DNA of 64,000 nucleotides, from assembly GCA_965153355.1 (NCBI GenBank), contig OZ231126.1, positions 10,230,001 through 10,294,000 on the forward strand, read 5' to 3'. Below are positions 1 to 12,020 of this stretch, piece by piece. Within the stretch, counting starts at the first letter, position 1, and each line of letters begins with the position of its first letter. Position numbers and translations under genes: made by a program. The notes beneath the pieces were generated by a model. The model had not been told where the DNA came from. It ran no database searches and saw only the letters and a program-made list of their open reading frames with translations. The DNA comes from Flaccisagitta enflata. Its lineage: Eukaryota.

Positions 1-128
1 ATTTACAAATGACAGCTATGGAATGAGAATTGCGAGCCGTGACATGAAACAAAAAAGAATAAAAAAAAATAAAGTTAATCAGTATTCATAAATAACAGAA
101 GTAACTTTTGAATGTTCTTTGGAGAACG

Positions 129-166
<38 letters not shown>

Positions 167-175
167 AATCTTGTA

Positions 176-597
176 TCAAGCCATAAGCAAATAGTCTTTG
201 AGCATTTTCGGTAAAACATCTCTGTCGATGTTTTCGATGGAGTGCCTCAACTGCAGTCGACCGCGAGTTTCGACGATCTGCTTCCTCGCCGCTCGACGAG
301 CGAGTCGAAGCAGCGTCGGCGACGTGAAGACGCGTTCCTGCAGCGCCATCCACGCCGACTGCAGCGTGTCTCCGTCGTACTTTGCGGCGGCGGCTGCTGC
401 AGCGGCAAGAGCCACCGCGTCTTCGTTTTCTTCTCCTGCAGCAGCGTCGACCGCCGCGTCGCCGCTGAAGATTCTGGCCGCGTCGTCTGAGAGGAAGAAG
501 CGGCGCTCTGCGGCGGAAATGCTGACTCCGGCGTCCAAGAGGAGGAAGAGGACGGCAATGTTGCCATGACGACCGGCGAGCAGCAGAGGCGTCGATC
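176..597 (-). CDS. ASB-like gene, terminal exon 8 (last ankyrin repeat, Ala-rich linker, SOCS box)
   Basis: ctccgtag|GA TCG... gives GSTPLLLAGRHGNIAVLFLLLDAG, then a SOCS box (PTLLRLARRAARKQI...LPKMLKDYLL) and TGA at 176-178. The joined CDS is 1620 nt, a multiple of 3. Confidence 0.92.
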
Positions 598-807
598 CTA
601 CGGAGGAGAAATGACGAGACCGAGAAGGGGGGGGGCGGGACGGAGAGAGAATGAAAGAGTGAGGTGCGGTGGAAAATGACGAATCTGGTATTGCTGTTGA
701 TCGACAAATAACAAACGTGATAATAAAAAGGACGGTATCACATATGACCGACAAAAACACAAACAAACAAACATCACTTTTTTCTCACACACACGCACAC
801 GCACACG

Positions 808-890
<83 letters not shown>

Positions 891-891
891 C

Positions 892-1110
892 CTTCGTGAT
901 CTTTGGCTTGGGGATTGGCGCCATGCTCGAGCAGCAACTTGGCGACCTGTTTGGCGTGAAAGACGTTGAGATGCGTGGCTAAATGAAGACAAGTTTGTCC
1001 GTTGGTGAGAGGCGCGTCGGGGTCGGCGCCCGCGACCAGCAAATCGCGGATGCTCCACTCGTTACAGTGATGATTGGTGTAGTTGATAGCGCAGTGAAGG
1101 GCAGTCCAAC
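892..1110 (-). CDS. ASB-like gene, exon 7
   Basis: ttcacag|GT TGG... translates to (G)WTALHCAINY...LLVAGADPDAPLTNGQTCLHLA...LLLEHGANPQAKDHE, then G|GTTGTG (phase 1-1). Confidence 0.93.
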
Positions 1111-1351
1111 CTGTGAAATTATTGATGGTGAGGGAATTTTTAGTTGTGATGATTGATGTAATTAATAGGGTCTTTCAGCTCATTCTTAATTAGTTGTCTT
1201 GGGAGGGAAAACAGGGAGATTTGTTGTCAAGTTACCCAAGTACCTTTGACCATGTTGAAAACTTAATGCGGCATTTCCTTGCTCATTTCGTTTGGATACT
1301 GACTGTTGGATTATCATTTCCATTATTTAAATGTATGCTTCAAGACAATAC

Positions 1352-1454
1352 CTTGGGTAGTTTTGGCGTCTAGGTTGATATTCTGTTGCTTTATGAGGAG
1401 ATCGACAACCGGTTTGTGATTCATTTCCACCGCGCGAATCAAAGCTGTTTGACC
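1352..1454 (-). CDS. ASB-like gene, exon 6 (not in ORF track)
   Basis: tttcag|GGT... translates to GQTALIRAVEMNHKPVVDLLIKQQNINLDAKTTQ, then G|GTATTG (phase 0-1). It bridges the phases of exons 5 and 7. Confidence 0.92.
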
Positions 1455-1631
1455 CTGAAATTAGGATTCAAAGGGGGGGGGGAAAGGGGGGCAGCATTTG
1501 AATTTCCCATGACTCAACGTATCCTATCTTAGTACAACTACAACCACAAGCAAGCCGTCATACATGTTCATCTACATCTGCTTTATATTCATTAATGTGA
1601 AACTCCACGATTTTTCAATGACTGACCTCTA

Positions 1632-2231
1632 CTATCTAGGAAATAAATATACGGACACCTAACCATGATTGTAGTACCTAAACCTTTATATCTGATAAAA
1701 AAATGAAAGCAGATCAACAAACTATGACAACAAATCTTCCATTCAAAAACAAGCACAGCTATGTGGCTCAATCCGTTTTCAAATGGCAGCGTTTTAGAGA
1801 AGATCTGTCATTTTACATTAGAGGATTTCAGTTCAAATCATGAATCAACAATCCACATTGAATGAGCTCTCAAATTCAAATGGATTGACCACAATCACCC
1901 TGCTTGGCCTCATTAGATCACATTTTTCACAAATTCATTGATAATTGAAAAATTTGAAGGCTGATTTTAAACGTATTGCTCTGAAATGATCCAACATCAT
2001 AAGAAAACAATACTGATTTAATGATTTTTGTTACTTTAAGAGAAATTAAGGATACGCTAGTTATAGTTGAAAAATTCTGGACCAATCCCATAAACAAATC
2101 CAAACAGGAGCACATAATAGATCAAAATACCATAAAATGACTAAAAATTGATTTATTTGATCAAATATTTCATTCAGTGAGTAAAAAGGCTAACTTTACT
2201 CCAGCTGTCCGTATATTTATTTCCTAGATAG
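1632..2231. mobile_element. Tc1/mariner-type MITE, family A
   Basis: TIR CTATCTAGGAAATAAATATACGGACA / TGTCCGTATATTTATTTCCTAGATAG with TA on both sides. It splits one copy of the 72-bp exon-derived repeat. Confidence 0.9.
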
Positions 2232-2233
2232 TA

Positions 2234-2592
2234 CATCTGCAGCATTGCCATGTGCTTTATATAATTATATATAGTCATTAATGAGAAATCCCATGACTTT
2301 TCAATGACTGACCTCTGCATCTGCAGCATTTACATCTGCTTCATATTTATTAAAGAGAAATCCTATGACTTTTCAATGACTGAGCTCTGCATCTGCAGCA
2401 TTTACATCTGCTTTAAATTCACTAATGAGATTTTCCACGACTTTTCAATGACTGACCTCTGCATCTGCAGCATTTACATCTGTTTTAAATTCATTATTGA
2501 AAAATTCCACGACTTTTCAATGACTGACCTCTGCATCTGCGGCATTTACATCTGCTTTATATTCATTAATGAGAAATTCCACTACTTTTAAG
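2234..2592 (-). repeat. 72-bp tandem repeat derived from the 3' end of ASB exon 5 plus its donor
   Basis: TGACTGACCTCTGCATC recurs at 2521, 2449, 2377 (variant) and 2305. Further copy remnants lie at 1570-1631, beyond the MITE. Confidence 0.92.
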
Positions 2593-2654
2593 TGGCCTCC
2601 GGCTGCGGCACGAATCAAGGGTGTCTCTCCGGTGCTCCTGTGACGACTTTCCAC
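2529..2654 (-). CDS. ASB-like gene, exon 5 (this frame is not in the ORF track)
   Basis: aattag|GTG... translates to VESRHRSTGETPLIRAAAGGHLKVVEFLINEYKADVNAADAE, then GAG|GTCAGT (phase 0-0). It is a textbook ankyrin repeat. Confidence 0.92.
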
Positions 2655-3987
2655 CTAATTTTGATAATAAAGAGAACAAATTGATAGAATAAAGGGAGAA
2701 TTTGTCAACAACAATTGATTTGTTTGCATATGAAAACACAGCAATGACAGCATAAAAGAAAAAAAAGAAAAACAGCAATGACAACATAAACAGTAACATC
2801 AGGCTGTAAAGTGATCAGTAGGTGAAGCATAACAAGGTCATTAGACCTAAGTCGCGTGCATCGGCATTTTCACAAGATGTCCGACAAACAGACAGGCGCA
2901 GACTAAATTTTTTTTAAAATGACCTTAAAAATTAGCCAACAACTTCTTATTGATACCCTGAAACCTTTAAAATGCCTTTGAAACGTTTGAAACGCTTTTT
3001 AAACAACTGCAACGGACAGACGGACGGACCGACGGACGGACCGAAAAGTGGCTTATAGAGTTGTGTGCTACGCGACTAAAAATGCAGATTGACATCGGTA
3101 AAAAGATCACTTATAACGTAACTTATAACGTAACGTAACGTAACGTAACTTTAGTGGCTTTCTTGTCAAATGAAGCCTTTGTGCCACACCGTCACCGACC
3201 TAAGTCCTTTCTGTTTTTGAGCTTTGGTCTTATGAAACCATTACCTGCTTCATCCCCGATGACTATAGTTGCAGCCTCACTTAAACAACCTCACTTCCAC
3301 TGCCTGATTGTGGCAAGGACATGGAGGTGGTTGACAGTGAATGAGGGCTCCGAAGATTTAGCAGTGTTCCAGTAGTCATATAGTGCAGGGTATCCATTTT
3401 TATCACTTTGGAAACAAAAGATTCTCGAATCAACGTCAATTCGACTGCCACGAATCCGTATTAAAGAGCCCCCAAAGGCAGCTCCCTCAAAGAATTCATC
3501 TCAAACTAAACAATGTTACAAAGAAGATGTGTGGCAGGGTGAGAAAAAGATTTGTTTATATCTTTGAATAATTTTATGAGTTGAGATTAATGAGCGAAGT
3601 CCAAAAAAATTTGGCGATAAATTGTGTTGAAGGCATTTTGTCATCCTAAAGTCAAGACAATCAAATTATGCTTGGTTACCTTCTTGTCCCTAAAAGGGTT
3701 TTTCTCCTTGTTAAGGTGAAAAATATCAGTTATTATTAACTACGACAATATGCAAATAAGGACTTTGGTACTACTTATTTCCATATTTTATTGACAGAAC
3801 AAAAACAAAACAGCCGAAAACATGTACACTTGTGGGTTGATGACAATGCCAAGGGCACAACGTTTTTCCTTCGTTTGTAAACAGCTTTTTAATCTACAAA
3901 AACAACAACAACGCCATCAACAACCGCAGAAACAACAAATTTTCTTTCCTCACACGTTGTAAACTACAACAAAAAAAAACCACCACC

Positions 3988-4066
<79 letters not shown>

Positions 4067-4098
4067 TCAAATAAAAAAAACATTTTTTTTCTCCACAC

Positions 4099-4237
4099 CT
4101 TAGCGCCCGCGGCAGTTAGTAGTTTTACGATGCTGAAATGTCCTTCATTGGCAGCTTCCAAAAGTGGATTGGATCCATAAGACTGCACATTCGCGTCAGC
4201 ACCGCGTTTCAACAGCATCTCCACGATCTCGGCGCAC
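4099..4237 (-). CDS. ASB-like gene, exon 4
   Basis: cctcag|G TGC... translates to CAEIVEMLLKRGADANVQSYGSNPLLEAANEGHFSIVKLLTAAGAK, then AAG|GTGTGG (phase 2-0). Confidence 0.93.
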
Positions 4238-4296
4238 CTGAGGATTTTTGATTTGCGTGTGTGACATACACACACACACGCACACACACACACACA

Positions 4297-4343
<47 letters not shown>

Positions 4344-4521
4344 ATCTGACATCTCTGGCATCAACTTAGGTGTCACACACACAAGCACACGCATAAGCAC
4401 ACACACACACAGACAAACAGAAACAAACACTCACTGGGTATGGGAATTTTCTTTAGCTGGGCTAATCTGAGTCATAGTGGACACAGACACACACACAGAC
4501 ACACACACAGACACACACACA

Positions 4522-4603
<82 letters not shown>

Positions 4604-4714
4604 AACACAAACACACACACAATTCCATCTCACCAATAATCGACGGCGTTTCTTAACGGTGTCGCTTTTCTCCTTACATCCATGACATCAACTTTGGTGT
4701 CACACACACAAACA

Positions 4715-4758
<44 letters not shown>

Positions 4759-4766
4759 CATCTCAC

Positions 4767-5105
4767 CAATGATCGACGGCGTTCCTCAACGGCGTCGCTT
4801 TTCTCCTGACATCCATGGCGTCTACGACAGCGCCCCGATCCAGAAACATCCTCGCCAATTCCACGTGCCCTAATTTGGACGCCACGTGCAGCGGCGTCGT
4901 GCCGCTTTTGCTGCTGGCGTTGACGTCGGCGCCGCGTTCGAGCAGCAGCGCCGCCGCGTCGACGCCGTTGACGTTGGCGGAGAAATGCAGCGGTGTTTGT
5001 CCTAATCGATCGGCGACGGACGCGTCGGCGCCCGCGTCTAACAAATGCCGGAGAAGATCCAAACTGCCCGCGCCGATGGCTTTGTGCAGGGGATAACTGC
5101 CGGCT
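4767..5105 (-). CDS. ASB-like gene, exon 3 (ankyrin repeats)
   Basis: ccttttcag|A GCC...; motifs SYPLHKA, GQTPLHFSA, LLLERGADVNA, GTTPLHVA, ATPLRNA; ends CAT TG|GTGAGA (phase 2-2). Confidence 0.95.
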
Positions 5106-5445
5106 CTGAAAAGGGGAAAGAAGCATAAGACAAACAAGGCAAACACTTATGAGTCGCTTGCGAGACTTACAGATTGACTAAGAATGACTTAGTATACTCT
5201 TAGTTGACTTAAAATAACTTAAAAAGAAATAAAATTGATAAAAAAAAAGTAAAAGTGTGACGGACAGACAGACCGACGGACGGACGGACTAAGCGGAGTG
5301 TAGAGTCGCGTGCACGCGACTAAAAATGACGTGGAAGTCATCTTATGGGGGAATTCGATCGCTTTAGAGAAGTAGAGCCAGAGAGGAATGAAATTCTTGG
5401 ATTGAAATGCTATCTCTTTCACGATCTCTCGTGGGGTAATTTACT

Positions 5446-5482
<37 letters not shown>

Positions 5483-5598
5483 TCAGCAACATAAATTACG
5501 ACGTATCATGGAATTACACTGACGCCCCAACATGCAGAAGGTGGTACATCCTTACTCAATAAAATTCAACTCGGACGCATTAACCCTCTTCGGCTACT

Positions 5599-5661
<63 letters not shown>

Positions 5662-5794
5662 GGAAAAAGAACAACGACAAAATTTGAAAATAACAACATC
5701 GTTTGAAGCAACAACGAAATCTAAAACATGAGGGTACAATTGTACGATCATCTGTGATCTTTTGTTTTCAAGACTTTTTAAGCGGTTTTTTAAA

Positions 5795-5864
5795 TTAGGG
5801 TTAGGGGTGGGTTTAGGGTTAGGGTTGGGGATAGTTTTAGGGTTAGGGTTAGGGACAGGGTTAG
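5795..5864 (+). repeat. Degenerate interstitial (TTAGGG)-like repeat
   Basis: Several TTAGGG units interspersed with variants, in ASB intron 2. Confidence 0.6.
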
Positions 5865-6003
5865 CTGTAGGGCAAAGGGTTGGCTGGGTTTATTGTATTA
5901 CGGCCCAAAGCTATTCGAATTAAATTCGCTCTGGCGGAGGATTCAGAAATAAAAACAAAATCGTGCAGGGAATCATTCATTTTGTCGTACATGAGAAACA
6001 TTG

Positions 6004-6129
<126 letters not shown>

Positions 6130-6130
6130 C

Positions 6131-6329
6131 CTTCTATCGTGGAATTGAACAGAAGCTCCGGCTTCAAGCAGTCGTTTAACAAGTGGTAGTCCATCTTTGT
6201 GCCGAGAAGCGTAACTCAGAGGCGTGATGCCTTTGTAGACGATGTCCAGATTCAGGCCAGATTCCAACACTTTTTCCAGACGAACCGAATCGAAGGTTCG
6301 AATCGCCGAAAACAACTCTGTCAGCAACG
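6131..6329 (-). CDS. ASB-like gene, exon 2 (first ankyrin repeats)
   Basis: tttaacag|CG TTG... translates to LLTELFSAIRTFDSVRLEKVLESGLNLDIVYKGITPLSYASRHKDGLPLVKRLLEAGASVQFHDR, then AG|GTGTTG. A second same-phase acceptor lies 12 nt downstream, so the 5' boundary is slightly uncertain. Confidence 0.85.
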
Positions 6330-6639
6330 CTGTTAAATAGATTTGAAAATGAATGAAAGCATGATTGGATGCATTCCTGGGAGAACAAATCAAAGAAACA
6401 ACGCTGCTAGTGAATTTGATGGTGAACATGAAAATGAATGAATGAATGAATGGATTTAAAAATAAATGAATGCATGGATGCATTGCTGAGAGGATAAATC
6501 TAACAATAACAACGCTGCATATGAATTTGAAAGTGAATGGGAAAATCAATGAAAAGATGAATGAATGCATACATGCGCTTGACATGCCGATGCATTGCTG
6601 AGAGGAAAATCGAGCAACAACGCTGTTAATGAATAAGTA

Positions 6640-7248
6640 CAGTACCTTCCGAGCAAACCCGGTTAAAACTGGAGGATTAATTTTTGTAACCTTAATTTCA
6701 TTTCCTTATCTTTGTTTATTGTACCTAACCTAATTAAAGGATACTTAATTCCTTGAACATATTTTGCTGTCAAAAAGAATAACTCGTGAAATCAAAGTGC
6801 ATGAAGACATCAATTTGGAGTGTTCTAACCCAGACCATTGGATTCAGCAGAAAATTTTACCTATCCTAGACAACAAGAACAGCTCAAGCAGACAATTATT
6901 ACAGCTATTCTAAGTTTTCAAGGACAATTGTTTTAAAATAATTTAGGACAATTGTCCTTAAAAACTTTAAATGTCCATAAAACCTGAAATAATTATCTGA
7001 TTGAGCTGTTCTTATTGTTTAGGATAGGTAAAATTTTCTGCTGAATCCAATGGTCTGGGTTAGAACACTCCAAATTGATGTCTTCATGCACTTTGATTTC
7101 ACGAGTTATTTTTTTTGACAGCAAAATATGTTCAAGGAATTAAGTATGTTTTAATTAAGTTAGCTACAGAAAATGAAGTTTGGTAAATAAAATCAAAATA
7201 ACAAAAATTAATCCTCCAGTTTTAGCCGGTTTTTTTCGGAAGGTACTG
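6640..7248. mobile_element. Palindromic (foldback) Tc1/pogo-type MITE
   Basis: TA|CAGTACCTTCCGA...TCGGAAGGTACTG|TA. The inverted arms run almost to the centre (for example 6750-6870 vs 7025-7145 are near-identical in reverse complement). Confidence 0.92.
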
Positions 7249-7891
7249 TAAGTGAGTATGAAAATGAATGGTTGAATATGTCTGTCGCAAAAAAGTGAAT
7301 ATATGTCAGCAACGTTATTAATGAATTTGAAAGAGAATATGAAAATGAATGAATCGATGAATCGATGCATGTGTGAAAACCAACTGTCAGCAGCGAAACA
7401 AATGAATTTGACAATGAATGAATGAATGAATGAATGAATGAATGATGCGAAACGAAACGCAAAAATTCTCGATGTAACCGCTATAACGGATCCATGAGTA
7501 ACGGAAATCCGCCTATAACGTATCTAAAAACCTAATCCCTTCAAATCAATTTGTTCAAATTTCTATGTTGGCAATAACAAACATTCGCCTATGTTGGATG
7601 AAATGTGTTAGTCCCTTGACATCCTTTATTGCAGGATTGAACTGAATAAAAAAGAATTATCATAAAAATTTCGTTATTGACCTAGTCATTTTCTTCAAAT
7701 CAAATTTTTTTAGATTTCTATATTTTCAATAACAAACATTCGCCTATGCTGGATGAAATGTGTTAGTCCATTATTGCGGGGTTGAACTGAAAAAGAATTA
7801 AAGAGAATTTAAAAGAATTGTCTTAAAAATTTCGTTATTGACCTACGGCACTTTCTTCTTCAAAATTTGGCTATCAACTAAAAAGATATAC

Positions 7892-7964
7892 CTGATTCAT
7901 TTTCGGCGGCTGCATTTTGCGAAATATTGACAGGTGGTAAAAGAGAGTTATTTGGTGGTAACAT
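7892..7964 (-). CDS. ASB-like (ankyrin repeat + SOCS box) gene, coding exon 1 (predicted start)
   Basis: ATG at 7964 gives MLPPNNSLLPPVNISQNAAAENES, ending TCA G|GTATAT. This phase-1 end matches the phase-1 acceptor of exon 2. No homology support for this exon. Confidence 0.55.
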
Positions 7965-8311
7965 CTTTCTTCAGATTCAAATGTACACAATTCAGATCTT
8001 GCGATAAGTCTTTGTTTTACTTCAGCGTTGTTTTGGTTTTGGTTATTGATAAACCTTCTGCTTCTCTTAAATTCTCGCCTCCGAATAGAGTTGCAGTTGT
8101 AATCACTATCACTGATGTTGTTCGCGTACTTTTTTTTTCATTGACTGTCTTTTTTTTTTTTTTTTTTTGCTTTCCCTTGGACTTTTCTTTTCCTTTTTGT
8201 AGTCACTGAATTTCTAGCGTTTCTTACTACTTTATTGCAACGAGATTCGAGTTACGTAATCGGGAGATCGTCAACTTCCGTAAGTGGACATTGTGTGAGT
8301 CGGTGTCACGC

Positions 8312-8909
8312 CACGCCACGGGGGAGGCTTTCATAGGTCAAGAAAAATTCTCGGTCATAATGGAGAGTGGTTTGGGCCTAAAGAAGGTAAACTTAATCAC
8401 ACCATACCGAAATGGAAATTTATTTGCTTCAAAATTTTTTTTAAATGCCGTAAAATGCTGTAAAAAACCGTAAAATTGGCATTTTTGACAGGGTTTTTTG
8501 TCTAAAATCGCTGCTATGGTCAAATAATGGGCAAACAATAATTATCTGGCACTAAGACACATTCATGCATGAATACGGGCCAACCCGTCATCGTTTAGTA
8601 TCATTTTGTGCCGTAAAATGCCGTAAAAAGCTGTAAAAATGGCATTTTTTGATGACGGGTTGGCCTGTATTTATGCATGAATGTGATTTTGTACCAGATA
8701 ATCATAGCGGTGGTTTTGGACTAAAAAAACTGTTAAAAATGCCAATTTTAAGGCTTTTTACAGCATTTTACGGCATTTAAAAAAAAATTTGAAGCAAAAA
8801 AATTTTCGTTTTGGTATGAAGTGATAAAGTAAACCTTACTGAGGCCCAAACCACTTTCCCTTATGACCGAGAATTTTTCTTGACCTATGAAAGCCTCCCC
8901 CGTGGCGTG
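8312..8909. mobile_element. Foldback MITE upstream of the ASB-like gene
   Basis: CACGCCACGGGGGAGGCTTTCATAGGTCAAGAAAAATTCTCGGTCATAA at the left, exact reverse complement at the right, with long degenerate arms. TSD uncertain (ACGC occurs on both sides). Confidence 0.85.
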
Positions 8910-9746
8910 ACGCCTTAAAAAAAGTCGTGTGCAAAGAGTTATGAATAAACAAAATCCCGGCTTGCTCACGTTCCGGCTCTTTCTCGCTCTTAACTTAAGC
9001 TCCAGATATATTTCTCAACGATTTGGTCTCGTAATTTTCAGCGCATAAGAACCATTTACAGTCACTGATTTTATAAACCAAAGTTGTTACATTTTGATTT
9101 AAATTCGGAACCAAAGAAAGATTCGCTTTCGATCGTTTTCTCGTCCCGCCCTCGCTTCTTTTTTTTTTATAGTGGCCGTTTAAAATCATGTTTAATCTAA
9201 TATAATAACAATTCTGATAAGAGAACGTGTCCCAACTGAGCCAAGAAATTAATGAGGGTGTTAATTGACTGCGCCGTACTGCACACGAATTTTGACTGTG
9301 CAATCATCTTAGCGTGCAAGCTGACGCAAGTATACCGAGCATATCGAGTGCCCAGTACCCATACTGGCCGGGCCACACCTAGTCATACACATAGTCATAC
9401 ACGAATGCCCCCTTCCCTGTTAATTTTTATTTGCCGATTCAACGTTTTTAAAAGGCTTTGATTGTCCGTCTGTCCGTTGTTCAGTCCCTGGGTCCGTCCG
9501 CGACGCTCAAGTTGAAAGTTTGAAAAGAGCGAATTTCCGCGGAAAACAACGAGCATCGAGAAAAATGGGGCGATGAATGAATTTTGTCATTGTGATACAC
9601 ATTTTTTTTCTTTCTGCAATCTTTTAATTTCGCTCTTTCAAACTCAATAAGTCCGTTCTTTTAAAGGATCGACTTTAGACATAAACTCGCGAGTTGTTGC
9701 ATGAAAGTTGGGCAACGCTCATCATTGCCTGAAAAAGGCGTACATG

Positions 9747-9873
<127 letters not shown>

Positions 9874-9959
9874 GTTCATGCTTTAAATTGCCTTTTAAGG
9901 AATTTTCCTTCCATTTCCAACTTTCTCTTCCTCTTCCTTGATCCTTCCCTTCTGACACT

Positions 9960-10003
<44 letters not shown>

Positions 10004-10999
10004 CAAAAGCATAAGTTTTAGAGTGTCAAAACCTCAAGCTTTGGTATTATGAGTTATTAATGCAATTTTGACGGAAAATGGGTTGTGGACAATAAAGTCA
10101 ATATGGACCATATGATGGTGAAAAAAAGAATTGGTCAATAGAGTCAATATAGCTTGGGATAGGTCTGATAGAGCTGGGGATAGGTCTGATAGAGCTAGGG
10201 ATAGGTCTAAGAATTGATAACGCTAGGCGCACCGTCTTGGCCCGTGTATCCGACCTTGTTTAAGCCTAAATCCCTTCAGGAACATCCCATGAGCATTACC
10301 CAAAGTACTGCACACCCCAGGGCCGTATGGCAAGGGGCCGCCGGGGAAGCCATGGCGGCCGCTTGTTGGGACACACACCCATGAGCAGCCCTCTTAAAAA
10401 TGTTTTCCTTCCGAGTAGCAGGATTTTGCACTTCAAGTCTTCCGACATGATAAAAAACAACTCCACTGGTGAAAATACACAAAAATATAAAAGAAACCCC
10501 ATCATTGACTTACAAGACTATAGCAGAAAACTATCCTTGCATAACTGACTGCCTGAAAAAAATGTATCCCTTACTGAAAATTCTAGTCACCAAAAAAAAA
10601 AAAATCATGATGCCCACATTTGCATATTTAATATGATCATAGGATCACACTCTGCCCACTTTTTCCTTCTCTCCTCCTCTTTTTCATTCTTCGATTTCTT
10701 TACTTTTTCTTTTTCTTTTCTGCTTCTTCAAATTTTTTTTCTATTCTTCTTCTTCCTCCTCAGGCTCCTCTACCCCTACCAAAACCTTCCCACTCATCCC
10801 CTCCTCTTCCGAGTAGGACATCATGAACAATCTGGTCTTGTTTGCTATTCACAAGAGGTCAAAATTAAAGTTCTTTTTTAGCCAAATTTGACTTTTTCTG
10901 GTGAATACGTATGTTACCACGAGTGATTTAGTGAAAAAATCAATGCGAAATTGTATTCCAAAAAAAAGTTGTGAATGATTTTGTAAAAAAACAGAAATA

Positions 11000-11089
11000 T
11001 CCTTTTTTCCTCCTTCTTCTATCAAATTTTCTTTCTTTATTTCTTTCTTTCTTTCTTTCTTTCTTTCTTTTTTTCATTCTTTTTTTTAT

Positions 11090-11136
<47 letters not shown>

Positions 11137-11394
11137 ATCTTTCTATCTTTTTTCTTTCTTTTTTTCTCTCTTTTATTCTTTATTTCTTTCGTTGTTTGGT
11201 TGTTTGGTTGTTTCTTTCTTTCTTTCTTTCTCTCTCTCTTTCATTTTTTTTTTTCTTTCTTTTTCTCTTTCTTTCTTTTTCTTTTTGTCTTTCCTTCTTT
11301 CTTTCTCTTCACTTTTCTTTTTTTTTTCTGCTTCTATCTTTTTCTGATTGTTTCTTTCCCTGCTCATTTCTTTTCCTATTTTATTATTTCTTTC

Positions 11395-11453
<59 letters not shown>

Positions 11454-11653
11454 CTTTCTTCTTTCTCTCTTTCTTTCTTTCTTTCCATCATTCTTTCTTT
11501 CTCTTTCTTTCTTCTTTCTCTCTTTCTTCTTTCTCTCTTTCATTCTTTTCATCTTTCCCTCTTTTTTTGTTTCTTTCTTTCTTTCCATCTTTTTTCTTTC
11601 TCTTTCTCTCTTTCTCGCTTTCTTTCTTTCTTTCTTTCTTTCTTTCTCTTTCT

Positions 11654-11689
<36 letters not shown>

Positions 11690-11907
11690 TCCTTCTTCTT
11701 TCTTTCCTTCTTCTTTCTTTCCTTCTTCTTTCTTTAGTTCTTTCTTTCTTTCTTTCTTTCTTTCTTTTTTTCTTTCTCTCTTTCTTTCGTTCTTTCTTTC
11801 TTTCTTTCTTTCTTCTTTGTTAAAAGGCAATGAAATTAAAAACAATTGAACAACAACATTTGTGGAAGTTCCACTAAATGCTCTGCCTCTTTCTCTTTAA
11901 CTTTCTC

Positions 11908-11994
<87 letters not shown>

Positions 11995-12020
11995 ATCTTT
12001 CTCTCTTTCTATCTGTCTTT
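11000..12020. repeat. About 1-kb (CTTT)n-derived polypyrimidine tract
   Basis: Directly visible. Similar tracts lie at 35700-35960, 37350-37670, 45370-46300 and 49930-50610. Confidence 0.95.

Noticed and set aside
3670-3965. Micro-exons or a non-canonical GA donor to fix the phase between ASB exons 4 and 7
   Set aside because: Unnecessary: the canonical ankyrin-coding exons at 2529-2654 and 1352-1454 resolve the phases.
5795-5864. True telomere or chromosome fusion site
   Set aside because: It is short, degenerate, single-orientation and intronic.
7843-7915. Alternative ASB start MQPPKMNQ with a 21-nt intron
   Set aside because: It requires an implausibly short intron; the ATG at 7964 with the same donor gives the correct phase.
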